A stretch of 64,000 nt of DNA from Terriglobia bacterium (GTDB lineage: Bacteria; Acidobacteriota; Terriglobia; 20CM-2-55-15): positions 64,001 through 128,000 of the forward strand of contig CBDCLE010000017.1 of the NCBI GenBank assembly GCA_965218585.1. The letters are read 5' to 3'. Under the pieces are notes generated by a model that saw nothing but the letters and a program-made list of their open reading frames with translations, had not been told where the DNA came from and did no database searches. Made by a program: the position numbers and the translations under genes. Shown here one piece after another: positions 30,467 through 41,227 of this stretch (positions are counted from its first letter, which is position 1; every line of letters starts with the position of its first letter).

Positions 30467-31969
30467 TCAGAAATCACAGCCGGGACCGAACGCCTGATCG
30501 ACACCCTGGGCAGCAGCTCCCTGGGCTCCCTGAGTGTCGTCACCAACTTCGAGCGCAGACCGGTACTGCTGGACGGCCGCCTCGCGTTCGCACTGAAGAT
30601 CGTAAATCCGTCCGAGATAGATATGAGACCACACGCGCATCGATGGTTCTGCACTCTGACTGTCCAGTGTGCGACTGAAGTACTCACTTGCCAGGAGGGG
30701 GTCTCCTTCCCGGCTGACGATCAGGGCCAGACCGTAAAGCGCCGGTCCATTGGAGGGATCGTACTCGGCCAGCACACGTTCAAAAGCGGATCGAGCGGCG
30801 TCATCTTCTCCGGCATTAAAGGCTTCCTGTGCCTCGCGCAAAACGCCCGGGATCGGATCGACCACGGGCGGTGCGGGCGGCACCTCTGCGGGCCTGATCT
30901 CTTCAACGACGAAAGGAATCGAATAAAACTGTTCCTCGAACCGGGCGATTTCGACGTCGACGTCGACCGAGGCCAGCATGTCGGGAAAGAAATTGCGAAT
31001 ACCGACTTCAGAAGTTTCGTATTCCAAGAGTCGTTCATGAAAAAACGGCACCAGCAGAAGCCCGCTCCGGTAAGCTGTGTCTATGACGGCATCGAGGTCG
31101 GTAACCGGGTCGTCCATGCGCAACTCCACAGCCCGAATCAACGATTCCGCGACCTGTATTTCGAAATCGTCGGCATAATCGGGTCGGACACCGTCGACCG
31201 CACCGATGAGTGACGTCAAGCGCTCTTCCCTCGACAGCTCAACTCTCTCACGAGCCACGATCGGATCCAGTAGCAGGTGCAGGTATGCGTGTCTGACGTC
31301 TTCTACTCGGGGAACGGTGGAGTCGCCCAGCACAATATAGAGATTCTCAGGGTAATTCCGCACGTTGACGCTGTTGATCGGGGCCGCAAGTTCGAGAAAA
31401 ATCACCAGCTGCCTGGGACCGGTCTGACCGAAGGGCCTTCTCACATAAGCGTCGCTCTGGAGAATCGTATCCCGTATCGGAGGTCCCATCTGGTCGAGAG
31501 CCTCATCGTAACTGGGACCGAGCGCAGACCACAATTGGGTGATCCGGGCGGTATCATAGAATTCACGGAGCAGCGGAAGAAACCCTTCAAGTTCACGGGC
31601 GTCGGGCGGAATGAAGTCTTCGTCAAAGGCAAATTCCAGCGTCGGTGGGTCGGTCAGATTCAGGGCGAGCGAAAGGTATTTCGCAAGTTGAGTCTCGTCC
31701 AGATCACCTGCTCTGTGCTGGTCATAAAACTCACGGAGACGACGGACAAGGTCAGGATCCACTGTCCCTACCGCGTCACGCATCTGTTGGCGGACCGGAT
31801 GATACCGTGCGGCCAGTTCAACGTCGAAACCTGCGGCATTCAGAGCGGCGACCACGGAGAAAACCCTGACATCGCGATCAATTACGGCGGTAACACCCTG
31901 CGCATGGGCGGCAGCGCTGCCAAGCCCCAGGCATAGGCAAACTACTAACCCAAGCTGTTTACGCAACAT
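30467..31969 (-). CDS. Secreted protein with a zincin-like HxxxH segment and C-terminal TPRs
   Basis: Signal peptide ending AHA, RHAYLHLLLDP followed by ESLIRAVE, and TPR-like C-terminus. Confidence 0.75.
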   Translation of the reverse strand: MLRKQLGLVVCLCLGLGSAAAHAQGVTAVIDRDVRVFSVVAALNAAGFDVELAARYHPVRQQMRDAVGTVDPDLVRRLREFYDQHRAGDLDETQLAKYLSLALNLTDPPTLEFAFDEDFIPPDARELEGFLPLLREFYDTARITQLWSALGPSYDEALDQMGPPIRDTILQSDAYVRRPFGQTGPRQLVIFLELAAPINSVNVRNYPENLYIVLGDSTVPRVEDVRHAYLHLLLDPIVARERVELSREERLTSLIGAVDGVRPDYADDFEIQVAESLIRAVELRMDDPVTDLDAVIDTAYRSGLLLVPFFHERLLEYETSEVGIRNFFPDMLASVDVDVEIARFEEQFYSIPFVVEEIRPAEVPPAPPVVDPIPGVLREAQEAFNAGEDDAARSAFERVLAEYDPSNGPALYGLALIVSREGDPLLASEYFSRTLDSQSAEPSMRVWSHIYLGRIYDLQCEREAAVQQYRSALEVGDDTQGAQGAAAQGVDQAFGPGCDF

Positions 31970-32042
31970 GCAAAGCATCATAGCATGTGGGGGGCATGAA
32001 GAGTCATGAGGGGTCGGACCCCATGGGACCGGTACGCTAAAG

Positions 32043-32900
32043 ATGAACTTCGGCATTTCAACCTATGCTTTCGGCGACGAGGAAATTTCCCCCCGGCTCC
32101 TGGATCACCTTCTCCGGGCGGGCTTCACGCGGATCGAACTATTTGCCAACCGCCCGCACTGGAACTACCACGACAGAGGCCTCACAAAAGAACTGGCCCG
32201 ATGGTTTCAGACCAACGATGTCGAGCCTCCGTTCCTGCATCTTCCGTTCTTCGAACAAAAAGGAAAAGGCGACGTTCGACCGATCTCAGCATTGGCAAAC
32301 AACGAACGCGACCGGAAACACGCTATCGACGAAGTCAAGCGGGCACTCGAATTCACGGACCTGCAATCTGTAGCTCACGTCGTCGTGCACCTGGGTGTGC
32401 CCCGGCAGGAGTTCACTCCTCTCCTGTTCGAGCATGCATACGCTCTTATGCGACATATTTCGGAATTTGCCGGCGTAAACATCGTTATAGAAAACATCCC
32501 GAACGAAATATCGACGATAGAACGCATTGCCGAGTTCCTGAATGTGTCCCAACTTCCCGAGATTCGAATCTGCTACGATACCGGCCACGGGCGCCTTCAG
32601 GGTCCGCTTCCCCAACTGGATGGAGTTGCCCAGATTCACCTCAGTGACAACAACGGCAGCCTGGACGACCATCTGTGGCCGTTCGAAGGACAATTAAACT
32701 GGCCCGAGTTCGTCCGAGAACTTGTAAGATCAGGCTTTGCGGGCCCGATGGTGTTCGAAGCACTGAATCCGGACGTCGATCGCGGCCGGGAAGCTCGAAG
32801 CCGTTTGCAAGATTTGATCGACGAGGCGAGTCGGTCGGACGAGGAGTTTGCTAGAAAATACCGGCTGGACCTGAACAACGATGACAACGACCTACATTGA
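32043..32900 (+). CDS. Sugar phosphate isomerase/epimerase (xylose-isomerase-like TIM barrel)
   Basis: IENIP, YDTGH, HLSDN, DDHLWP and FE. Confidence 0.88.
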   Translation: MNFGISTYAFGDEEISPRLLDHLLRAGFTRIELFANRPHWNYHDRGLTKELARWFQTNDVEPPFLHLPFFEQKGKGDVRPISALANNERDRKHAIDEVKRALEFTDLQSVAHVVVHLGVPRQEFTPLLFEHAYALMRHISEFAGVNIVIENIPNEISTIERIAEFLNVSQLPEIRICYDTGHGRLQGPLPQLDGVAQIHLSDNNGSLDDHLWPFEGQLNWPEFVRELVRSGFAGPMVFEALNPDVDRGREARSRLQDLIDEASRSDEEFARKYRLDLNNDDNDLH

Positions 32901-34182
32901 AGATATCGGCAAGCACGTCGGCCAAGAAGTAACCGTTCGTGGTTGGCTTCACAATAAACGTTCGAGCGGAAAGCTCCGCTTTCTCATCGTTCGCGACGGT
33001 ACGGGCTACATACAGGCCGTCGTCTTCAAGAAAGCCGTACCGGAAGAAACTTTCCAGGCCGCAACCGATCTGACCCACGAGTCTTCGTTCACGGTAACGG
33101 GAACTGTTCGAGCCGACGAACGGGCACCCGGCGGGCACGAAATGGATGTCACCGCTATCGAGGCACTTCAGATCGTAGGGGCGGAGGAAGAATTCCCGAT
33201 CACACCCAAGGAACACGGCATCGAGTTCCTTATGGACCACCGCCATCTCTGGATTCGTTCCAGGCGCCAACGTGCAATCCTCAAGGTCCGGCACGAAATC
33301 ATCCGCGCTGCGCGCGACTTCCTCGACGACGATGGGTTCACGCTCTGCGACACGCCCATCCTGACCCCGGCAGCCTGCGAAGGAACGACGACGCTTTTCG
33401 AGGTGGACTACTTTGACGAAAATGCCTTCCTCGCTCAATCGGGACAACTTTATGGCGAGGCTACTGCAGCGGCCCTGGGTAAGGTCTACAATTTCGGTCC
33501 CACCTTCAGGGCCGAAAAATCGAAGACGCGTCGTCATCTGACCGAATTCTGGATGGTCGAACCCGAAGTGGCCTACGCCACGGTAGAAGACATGATGGAC
33601 CTCTCAGAAAGATACATCAGTCACATCGTCGGGCGTGTCCTCGATCGCAGAGGAGAAGAACTCAATGACCTCGAGCGCGACGTATCTACTCTCGAGAAGA
33701 TTTCCCCGCCGTTCCCCCGTATTTCCTACGACGAGGCCATCGAGATTCTTCAGAAAAACGGTTCAGAAATTCAATGGGGAAGCGATTTCGGAGGAACGGA
33801 CGAGACGATCCTGTCCGAACACTTTGAAAAACCTGTCCTGATCCACCGGTATCCGTCGGCGATCAAGGCCTTCTACATGGAACCAGACGCCGAAAGGCCC
33901 GAAGTTGCCCTGTGTCTGGACGTTCTGGCGCCGGAAGGTTACGGGGAGATCATCGGCGGGGGGCAACGAACCGCCAACCATCAACTCCTTCTCGAGCGAA
34001 TCGAGGAGCACGATCTCCCACGAAAGGATTTCGAGTGGTACCTGGATTTGAGGAAGTTCGGATCGGTACCCCATTCCGGATTTGGAATGGGAATTGAACG
34101 CGTGGTCGCGTGGATCTGCCGTCTGGATCACGTGAGGGAAACAATCCCTTTTCCGCGGATGCTCTACAGGCTGAGCCCATAG
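32881..34182 (+). CDS. asnS: Asparagine--tRNA ligase
   Basis: OB fold, [32 protein letters not shown] and [11 protein letters not shown]. Confidence 0.95.
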   Translation: MTTTYIEDIGKHVGQEVTVRGWLHNKRSSGKLRFLIVRDGTGYIQAVVFKKAVPEETFQAATDLTHESSFTVTGTVRADERAPGGHEMDVTAIEALQIVGAEEEFPITPKEHGIEFLMDHRHLWIRSRRQRAILKVRHEIIRAARDFLDDDGFTLCDTPILTPAACEGTTTLFEVDYFDENAFLAQSGQLYGEATAAALGKVYNFGPTFRAEKSKTRRHLTEFWMVEPEVAYATVEDMMDLSERYISHIVGRVLDRRGEELNDLERDVSTLEKISPPFPRISYDEAIEILQKNGSEIQWGSDFGGTDETILSEHFEKPVLIHRYPSAIKAFYMEPDAERPEVALCLDVLAPEGYGEIIGGGQRTANHQLLLERIEEHDLPRKDFEWYLDLRKFGSVPHSGFGMGIERVVAWICRLDHVRETIPFPRMLYRLSP

Positions 34183-34195
34183 CCGTACTCTTACA

Positions 34196-34264
34196 CTGAC
34201 GCCTCGGCTTCGCCTCGTTGTCCACCCGCACCGGAGGCCGGTGCGGGTCCTCCCCCTTGGTCAA
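34196..34264. repeat. ~70-nt structured dispersed repeat, copy 1
   Basis: 35 of the first 37 nt match 39808-39844; 11-bp stem ACCCGCACCGG/CCGGTGCGGGT. Confidence 0.75.
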
Positions 34265-34570
34265 AGTATCGATGAGTCCTGAAAGGGCTTCCAATCAGTA
34301 TGATTGCGTGGGGGGACCGGACCGGCATTCGAGTTCCCGAGCAACATCGAATCGCGAAAAGGTCAGTGCACTCTCGACGGTTTGGGTTATTGGGGGACGG
34401 TGGGCCCGGCGCTAATGACGTCAGCGAGCTGCGCCGGTCGTTCGGCCACGATGGCCGTCTGAACAACCGAGCGCAATCTTTCAGCCAACGGGGAGGGGCC
34501 TCCATCTCTAAGCGTCGACCGAAGGACGAGTGGCAACTCTCGGAATGGACAGAGCTGTCCGCCCCTTTTC

Positions 34571-35179
34571 CTACTCTCCCACCAACCTCACCAGCTCAGC
34601 GTAAACCTCTTCGACACGCCTCCGTGTATCTTCCAGCGACCCCGAATTATCCACAACGAAATCAGCGTGTCCTGCCTTTTCCTCGAGAGGCATCTGGGAT
34701 TCAATCCTGGCCTCAATGGCCTCGGGCGTCAAACCGGGGCGCCCAGCAAGACGGTTCCGTTGCTGCTGGGGCTGGCAGGTCACCACCACCAGTCGATCGA
34801 ATCGTTTGTAGCCTCCTGACTCGACCATCAACGCTGCATCGACAATAGCAATGGCGTTCGGATCTTCACGTCGGACACTTTCCAGAAATGCGTCCTGGCG
34901 CGCCTTGACTGCAGGATGCACAAGCGAATTCAGTGTTTCTCGTTGGGAACGCTCACTGAAGACGATGGCAGCCAGCTTTGACCTGTCGATCCCTCCTCCC
35001 TCATCGAGAATCCCGGGACCGAATTCGGCAACGACCGCCTCATGCACTTCTTCGCCGGCTTCAAATAACTCGTGTGTGATCTGGTCAGAATCGATCAGGC
35101 GACAACCCAGTGCGACGAACATCTCCCCGACGCGCGTCTTGCCACAGCCGATCCCTCCTGTGAGACCGACGCTCAGCAC
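34571..35179 (-). CDS. coaE: Dephospho-CoA kinase
   Basis: GTG start then LSVGLTGGIGCGKT, IDSD, LVHP and RIESQ. The ORF-track extension to 35302 is MITE sequence. Confidence 0.93.
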   Translation of the reverse strand: MLSVGLTGGIGCGKTRVGEMFVALGCRLIDSDQITHELFEAGEEVHEAVVAEFGPGILDEGGGIDRSKLAAIVFSERSQRETLNSLVHPAVKARQDAFLESVRREDPNAIAIVDAALMVESGGYKRFDRLVVVTCQPQQQRNRLAGRPGLTPEAIEARIESQMPLEEKAGHADFVVDNSGSLEDTRRRVEEVYAELVRLVGE

Positions 35180-35180
35180 G

Positions 35181-35452
35181 AGTGACCTGTACCACCCATA
35201 TTGGGACCAGCGCCGATGGGTCCTGCGGGTGAGATCGCGGCGGGAGACGGAAGTCGATGTTTTCGCATCGACGACGGCTCGCAACAAAGATATCGCCCGC
35301 AATCCCCATCGGCCCGGAGGGTTGAGGCGAAACGGCGCCGTCTTCGTTGTCGTCGACTCGTCGGAATGAGGAGCATTCCCTCCTCATCGACTCCTAGAAT
35401 CCGGAGTCGTTTGGCCGCAACGCTGGTCCCAATATGGGTGGTACAGGTCACT
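35181..35452. mobile_element. 272-bp MITE-like element between folD and coaE
   Basis: Perfect 32-bp inverted repeats AGTGACCTGTACCACCCATATTGGGACCAGCG (35181-35212; reverse complement at 35421-35452), two long internal hairpins and no transposase. Confidence 0.85.
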
Positions 35453-36371
35453 AGATGTCTCTCCGCAGGCGGGCTCCGGTTATCGTGTTCTTCATCAGTA
35501 CCGCTATCGTCATGGGTCCGGCGCCACCGGGAACAGGAGACAACATCGACGCAACTTCCAGTGCATCCCGCTCATGAACGTCGCCCGCCCAGATGTAGCC
35601 CCTCTTGTCGAATTGGTCGAGCCGCGGCGACTCTTCGCCGAACAACCGCTCGACCTCGTCCCGATCCGTCACCTGATTCGTCCCCACGTCAATGACGACG
35701 GCACCCGGCTTTATGAAATCGCCGGTCACCATCGCGAGGCGACCAATTGCTGCCACGACGATATCGGCCTCTCGTGTGACCGAAGCAAGATCCCTCGTCC
35801 GCGAGTGACAGATCGTGACCGTCGCGTGCCGGTGCATGAGCAGCATCGCCATGGGTTTGCCTACATCGTCACTACGGCCCAACACAACTGCCCGTGCTCC
35901 TTCGATCTGCACCCCGGACCTCTGAAGCATCTCCAGAACACCCAGAGGTGTACAGGCCACGAGGCCCTGGTGACCGAGAACAAGTGAGCCAATATTGGAG
36001 GAATGAAATCCATCGACGTCCTTGAGGGGAGCGACAGCCTCCAGAACCCTGTGTTTATCAACCTGCTCAGGCAGAGGCAACTGGACGAGAATGCCGTCGA
36101 TCGAGTCGTCCTTATTCAGTTCGTCGATACGTTCAAGCAGTTCGGTCTCCCTGATGTCCTCGGGAAGATCCAGTTTGAGGCTCCTCATCCCCAGCCGCTC
36201 GCACATTCGCGCTTTCATGCCGACATATGAAGCCGATGCCGGGTTGCTACCGACCAGGACGACCGCCAGACCGGGTGTGACCCCTTTTCTCTTCAACATC
36301 TCAACGTCGGCGGCGACCTCTTCCTGTATCTGCTTGGCGATCCCGGTTCCGTTGATTAAGGTAGCTGCCAC
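35451..36371 (-). CDS. folD: Methylenetetrahydrofolate dehydrogenase/cyclohydrolase
   Basis: PGLAVVLVG, GILVQLPLP, KDVDGFH, CTPLG and SPVPGGAGPMT. Confidence 0.96.
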   Translation of the reverse strand: MAATLINGTGIAKQIQEEVAADVEMLKRKGVTPGLAVVLVGSNPASASYVGMKARMCERLGMRSLKLDLPEDIRETELLERIDELNKDDSIDGILVQLPLPEQVDKHRVLEAVAPLKDVDGFHSSNIGSLVLGHQGLVACTPLGVLEMLQRSGVQIEGARAVVLGRSDDVGKPMAMLLMHRHATVTICHSRTRDLASVTREADIVVAAIGRLAMVTGDFIKPGAVVIDVGTNQVTDRDEVERLFGEESPRLDQFDKRGYIWAGDVHERDALEVASMLSPVPGGAGPMTIAVLMKNTITGARLRRDI

Positions 36372-36441
36372 AAAAAAACCTCTCTCCATAAAATAGATCC
36401 CATCATACACTGCTTCCCAGTGGGTTAATTGGCTCCACAGA

Positions 36442-38550
36442 TTGACGATGACGACCCTGTTTACACTACTGATAGCGATTACGCTCCCAACCGGTTTGAT
36501 CGAGCGCGCGCTCGATTTCTTTGAGCGGGGAGACTATCGGACCTCGGCCGAACTGCTGGATGAGGCCGCTGCGGTTGATCCCGAAGAGTTTCAACTAAAC
36601 AACCTGCACTACCTGCGCGGACGGATCGCTCTGGAAGAAGAAGATTGGTCGCGGGCGGAATCTGAGTTCGCACAAGTATCCGAGAGTAGCGTTCTCGGTG
36701 ACCTTGCCTTGTGGCACCGCGGGCGCGTTGCACTTCGAGACAGTCGTAGTGGGGACACACTTCGGTTTCTGACCCTGCTGGGACCAGGTTTCCCCGACGC
36801 GCTCCGTCTCGAATTGGCCGAGGGCGCCCCAGAGGATGTCGCCCTGACCATTTACCGGTCGGTGTCGGGCCGAGAGTCGCAGTGGAAGCAGGCGTCGATC
36901 CTGGACGACGAAGACGCGATGTGGCAGCTCCTGAACCTCAGCCGCGGCGACGAATTCGCCCTTACAGGCAGCCAGAAGACTGGATGGAAGACCCGCGACT
37001 CCGGCCGAAAGCCTCCGGTTGGCGAAAACATTCCACACTCACCGCATCTTCGATCGGGCCGAAGCCATCTATTCGACGCTGCTCGAAGATCGCTCCGCGA
37101 TCGGTGCCCAGGCCCATTACGAGTTGGGCCGGACTTACTTTCAAAGACTACGGTATGACGATGCCATCGCCGTATATCGGGCCACGACCGAAAGATTTCC
37201 CGACACCGACTGGGAACGCGAGGCGGATGAGCAGATCCCGCCGAATTACTGGCGCAGCCTGGACTACCCCAGGGCCATCGCGGCCTATGAGGCACTGATC
37301 GACAATACGACGATGACCCGGACCTCTATCAATCGGCGCTCCGCGACATGATCGACATCCGTCGCGCGATGGGCGAGGTGGACCAAGCGCAGCGTTTGAT
37401 CGACCAGGCACTGGCTGCGAGCCCCGATAGGAGGGACCGGGCCGTCCTCACCTTCACCCGGGCCAAGATCCATCATGGCGAAGGACAGTACGCCGAAGCG
37501 CTCGGATCGTTTAGCCAGCTTCGCGGCGTGCGAACAGGCCGGGCAGCTAACGGAACGGATCAGACCGAAGTGCGGTTTTTTGAAGCGGCCAGCCTCGAAG
37601 CGCTAGGGCGCACCGACGAAGCACATGCGATCTGGACCGAGCTTTCCGAAGAGCCCTTCGGTTACTACGGCCTTCGATCTTTCGAGAAACTCGGCGACAG
37701 CTCAGCTCCTTCCGCCACACTGCAACAGATGGTCTCGAGGGCCAGGGAGACTCCTGCGGCCTCTCTATGCGGCGAGGCCTCCAACCTGGATTTCATCGAT
37801 GTGGTTCGGCAGCGACGACTCTCAAGGACACGTGGTTTTCTCACACCGGGATCTGTAGAAACAGACCTGGTGGGAGAGCTGGTCTTTCTGCGTCAATGGG
37901 ACGAAGCGTTCTACTGGGCAAACCGTGTCGCCTCCAGATGGAGAGACCAGGCACTGGCCGATTTGGCATATCTCGCTTCAGATTTCAGGCGCTCGATGCT
38001 TTACGCGGACCGTTTGAGACCGGTCGCCGACATAGGGTTGTTCTCACTGGACGCGGAGTATTCGCCTGAGACACGGGTTCTCATGGACATGCTCTACCCT
38101 ACGGCGTTCCGGGATATCGTCTGTCGAGAAGCCCAAGCCGCGGCCGTCAATCCGCTCTGGTTACACGCCATCATGTGGCAGGAGAGCCGATACAACCCCG
38201 AGGCACTCTCCAGCGCGTCGGCCCGAGGCCTGATGCAGTTCATCCCGGAAACAGCGACTCGCATCGCCAACGAAGTTGGGCTGACGGACTTCATGCTGGA
38301 CGACCTGTACCGGTCCGAGATCAGCATTCGCCTCGGCGCGCGTTACTGGGCCGAACTGATTGAAGTGTTCGGAAGTCCCGAACTGGCACTGGCCGCATAC
38401 AACGGCGGTGAAAGAAACGTCGAGCGTTGGCGGGCAAAATCAGAGCTGGAAGATACGGAAAGCTTCGTCTCCGACATCGGTTTCACCCAAACGAAGGCCT
38501 ACGTTCGCGAAGTCTTCGGACTCTTCGCGAAATATGCCCATCTTCTTTAG
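36442..38550 (+). pseudogene. Slt70-like lytic transglycosylase with TPRs; frameshifts at ~36964 and ~37304
   Basis: Three consecutive frames give a signal peptide, TPRs and an SLT domain (QESRY, ARGLMQF, AAYNGG). Confidence 0.85.
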
Positions 38551-38574
38551 CGGATCTCGGCTCCGGACATTTTC

Positions 38575-39350
38575 ATGAACAAGCCATTCAACTGGAAGCT
38601 TTTCTTCATCGTCTGGGGTGCGGCCCTGGTTGGGGCGGTGGCGATCATACCGTTTGCCCTAACAATTCAGGCCCCTCTCCTGGAGGCCACTGATCTCCCA
38701 CTGCCCCTATGGCAGCTCATCGTTCTTGGATTGGTTCAAAGTATGGTGTTGGTGAGCCTGGCTGCCGGCATAGGCCTCTTGCTTGCCGGCAAGGTCGGTC
38801 TTGGGCTTCCGCTGGTGGAAGCCTGGCTACGGAAAGAACCTCTCCAGAAACAGGCGGTACTAGGCCTGCCGTAATCGGCGGCGTTGCCGCTGCATTAGTC
38901 ATCGTCGGCCTCGAACTGGCCCTCTTCGCTCCCCTGCTCGGAGGGAGCGGCATCACGTTCCCCGAAAACGCACAGCCTGCCGTTTGGCAGGGCCTTCTGG
39001 CGGCGTTTTATGGCGGAATCACCGAAGAAGTTCTGGTTCGCCTCTTCCTGATGACCTTACTGGTCTGGATCGGCTCTCTGCTGACACGGTCCCAGCACGG
39101 CTCCGTAGTCCTGTGGATTGCAATCGTTCTGGCTGCAGTCGCATTCGGACTGGGTCACCTTCCGGCAACTGCAGCGTTGGGAATACCGCTGAACGGGCTG
39201 GTCATCACCCGAGCGATCGTGCTCAACGGAGTGGGAGGATTGTTGTTTGGTTGGTTGTATGCCAGACGCGGACTCGAAAGCGCCGTGGTCGCGCACTACT
39301 CGGCCGACATCATGCTCCTCGTTGTATTGCCTCTGACAGGACTCTTGTAG
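38575..39350 (+). pseudogene. CPBP/Abi (CAAX) intramembrane protease; frameshift ~38860
   Basis: GITEEVLVR, FGLGH and AHYSAD in the second frame; hydrophobic N-terminus in the first. Confidence 0.85.
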
Positions 39351-39367
39351 CTTCCGGCGAATACGAA

Positions 39368-39751
39368 CTACTGCCCACGCACACGGTCAGGCGTGATCGT
39401 GATGACGACGCGAACCTCACCCGGCGGGTCCAGGTCGTACCGGTCTTTTCCCAGGAAGCGCTGGGCCAGCGAGTCGACAAACGCGTTGTCGATGTCGTCT
39501 TCTATAGTGGCCTTGCCGCGAATCTCGACGTAGTGTCCTCCGTTGTCGGGATCGGAGACCTCGATCGTGACCGTTGGATTCGCACTCAGGTTCTTGAACT
39601 TCTGCCGGCTCTTGCCCGTGCTTATCTTGACAACATCGCCGTCGCGAGCGACAAGGACGGGTGTGATCTGGATGCTGCCGTTCGGCATAAGAGTCCCGAC
39701 GTGACCGATGGTTTTCTTCTCAAAAATGTCATTGAACTGCGCTGGGATCAT
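39368..39751 (-). CDS. PPOX-class (Rv1155-like) split-barrel oxidoreductase
   Basis: GTLMPNGSIQITPV, RQKFKNL, YVEIRG and RVVITITP. Confidence 0.85.
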   Translation of the reverse strand: MIPAQFNDIFEKKTIGHVGTLMPNGSIQITPVLVARDGDVVKISTGKSRQKFKNLSANPTVTIEVSDPDNGGHYVEIRGKATIEDDIDNAFVDSLAQRFLGKDRYDLDPPGEVRVVITITPDRVRGQ

Positions 39752-39807
39752 TCCTGTCTCCTTCTTCTATTGATGCCGTAATTTGTGCAGCGACTATTCA
39801 TATTATT

Positions 39808-39877
39808 CTGACGCCTCGGCTCCGCCTCGTTGTCCACCTGCACCCTCGGAAGGGTGCGGGTCCTTCTCCGGGATCAA
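39808..39877. repeat. ~70-nt structured dispersed repeat, copy 2
   Basis: Homologous to 34196-34264; stem ACCTGCACCCT/AGGGTGCGGGT. Confidence 0.75.
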
Positions 39878-39901
39878 TTAAACCCTCCGCACGATCATCC
39901 G

Positions 39902-41083
39902 TTAATCTCCCAGCGAAGCCTCCCATGCCTCGCCATACTTGTATCCGCTTCCCGTATTGAACAGAACCACGGTCTCGTCGGGTTGGATCTTTCCCTGCCC
40001 GACAAGTTTCTCCACGGCCACGAGCCCGGCACCGCCCTCCGGTGCGGCAAAGACACCCTCGAGTCGGGCCATGTTCCGGCACGCCGTCATCGTCTCCTCG
40101 TCGGTGGCGGCAACAGCCGCACCCTGGCTCTCATAGAGGGCGTCCAGAATGAGAAAGTCGCCCAGCGCCTTGGGTACGCGGAGACCCGCGGCCAGCGTGG
40201 CGGCGTTGTCCCAGAACTCACTGCTGTCGCTGTGCTGCTCGAACGCTCTTACGATAGGGGCACAGCCGGCCGCCTGCGCCGAAATCATGCGTGGACGCCT
40301 GGAGTCTATCCAACCCATGGTTTCCATCTCCTCGAAGGCCTTCCACATTCCGATCATGCCGACACCCCCGCCGGTGGGATAGACAATTACGTCCGGCAGT
40401 CTTCCCCCAAACCTCTCCCAGAGCTCGTAACCCATCGTCTTCTTGCCTTCGATCCGGTACGGCTCCTTGAGAGTAGACACTTCGAACCAACCCTCCCGGT
40501 CCTTATGCTCCGCAATGAACTTTCCACAATCAGAAATCAGGCCGTCGATCTCGCGCACATCCGCCCCGAAGGCACGGGACTCGAGGACATTGGCTGCCGG
40601 TGTGTCCCCGGGCATCGCGATCACGCAACCCAGTCCCGCCTTTGCCGCGTATGCTGCCGCCGCCCCCCCGGCGTTTCCCGCCGTGGGGACGGCCAGGGTC
40701 GTCGCTCCAAGAGCTTTGGCCATCGTAACCGCTGCCGAAAGTCCACGGGCCTTGAACGAGCCTGTCGGATTGAGTCCCTCGTCCTTTATGTAAAGACCAC
40801 CGAGTCCCAGGTGTTCACCGAGTCGGCGAGCGTGAACCAGGGGCGTCATGCCCTCCCCCAGGCTAACCGGTGGTCCGTCGGGCAGGACTTCTTCGTACCG
40901 CCACATCGTGTGGGTGCGCGTTTGAAGGGTGTCCAGTGTCAGCGTCTCTTTTGCAATCGACAGGTCATAGCGGGCAAGCAGGGGTGAGTTGCAGACGGGG
41001 CACAGGTTCTGTAAGGAGGAGTATGCGACCTCTTCCCCGCAAGCCGAACGTGAACACTGAAGGTTTCGAAGAGTGGAAGACAT
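39902..41083 (-). CDS. thrC: Threonine synthase (fold-type II PLP enzyme)
   Basis: NPTGSFKARG, TAGNAG, RIEGKKTM, PTGGGVG and FNTGSGYK. Confidence 0.85.
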   Translation of the reverse strand: MSSTLRNLQCSRSACGEEVAYSSLQNLCPVCNSPLLARYDLSIAKETLTLDTLQTRTHTMWRYEEVLPDGPPVSLGEGMTPLVHARRLGEHLGLGGLYIKDEGLNPTGSFKARGLSAAVTMAKALGATTLAVPTAGNAGGAAAAYAAKAGLGCVIAMPGDTPAANVLESRAFGADVREIDGLISDCGKFIAEHKDREGWFEVSTLKEPYRIEGKKTMGYELWERFGGRLPDVIVYPTGGGVGMIGMWKAFEEMETMGWIDSRRPRMISAQAAGCAPIVRAFEQHSDSSEFWDNAATLAAGLRVPKALGDFLILDALYESQGAAVAATDEETMTACRNMARLEGVFAAPEGGAGLVAVEKLVGQGKIQPDETVVLFNTGSGYKYGEAWEASLGD

Positions 41084-41094
41084 CGGGACAGTTT

Positions 41095-41151
41095 ACTAGG
41101 TTCGGTCGGTGATCGCATTTCTTGTTGTGCACTCATAGAGTGCACCTACAG
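41095..41151. repeat. GTAG-type REP doublet (one arm degenerate)
   Basis: GTGCACTC-ATA-GAGTGCAC-CTACAG at 41127-41151. Confidence 0.65.
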
Positions 41152-41227
41152 AAACGATGGATATCTATTATCGGAGGGGGCTGCTAACCTCTTGGCGAAA
41201 CCTGCCCCGATCCTTAAGGAGTACCCG

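Noticed and set aside
35180-35302. N-terminal extension of CoaE
   Set aside because: It is an open frame running through the MITE; the CoaE family start is the GTG at 35179.
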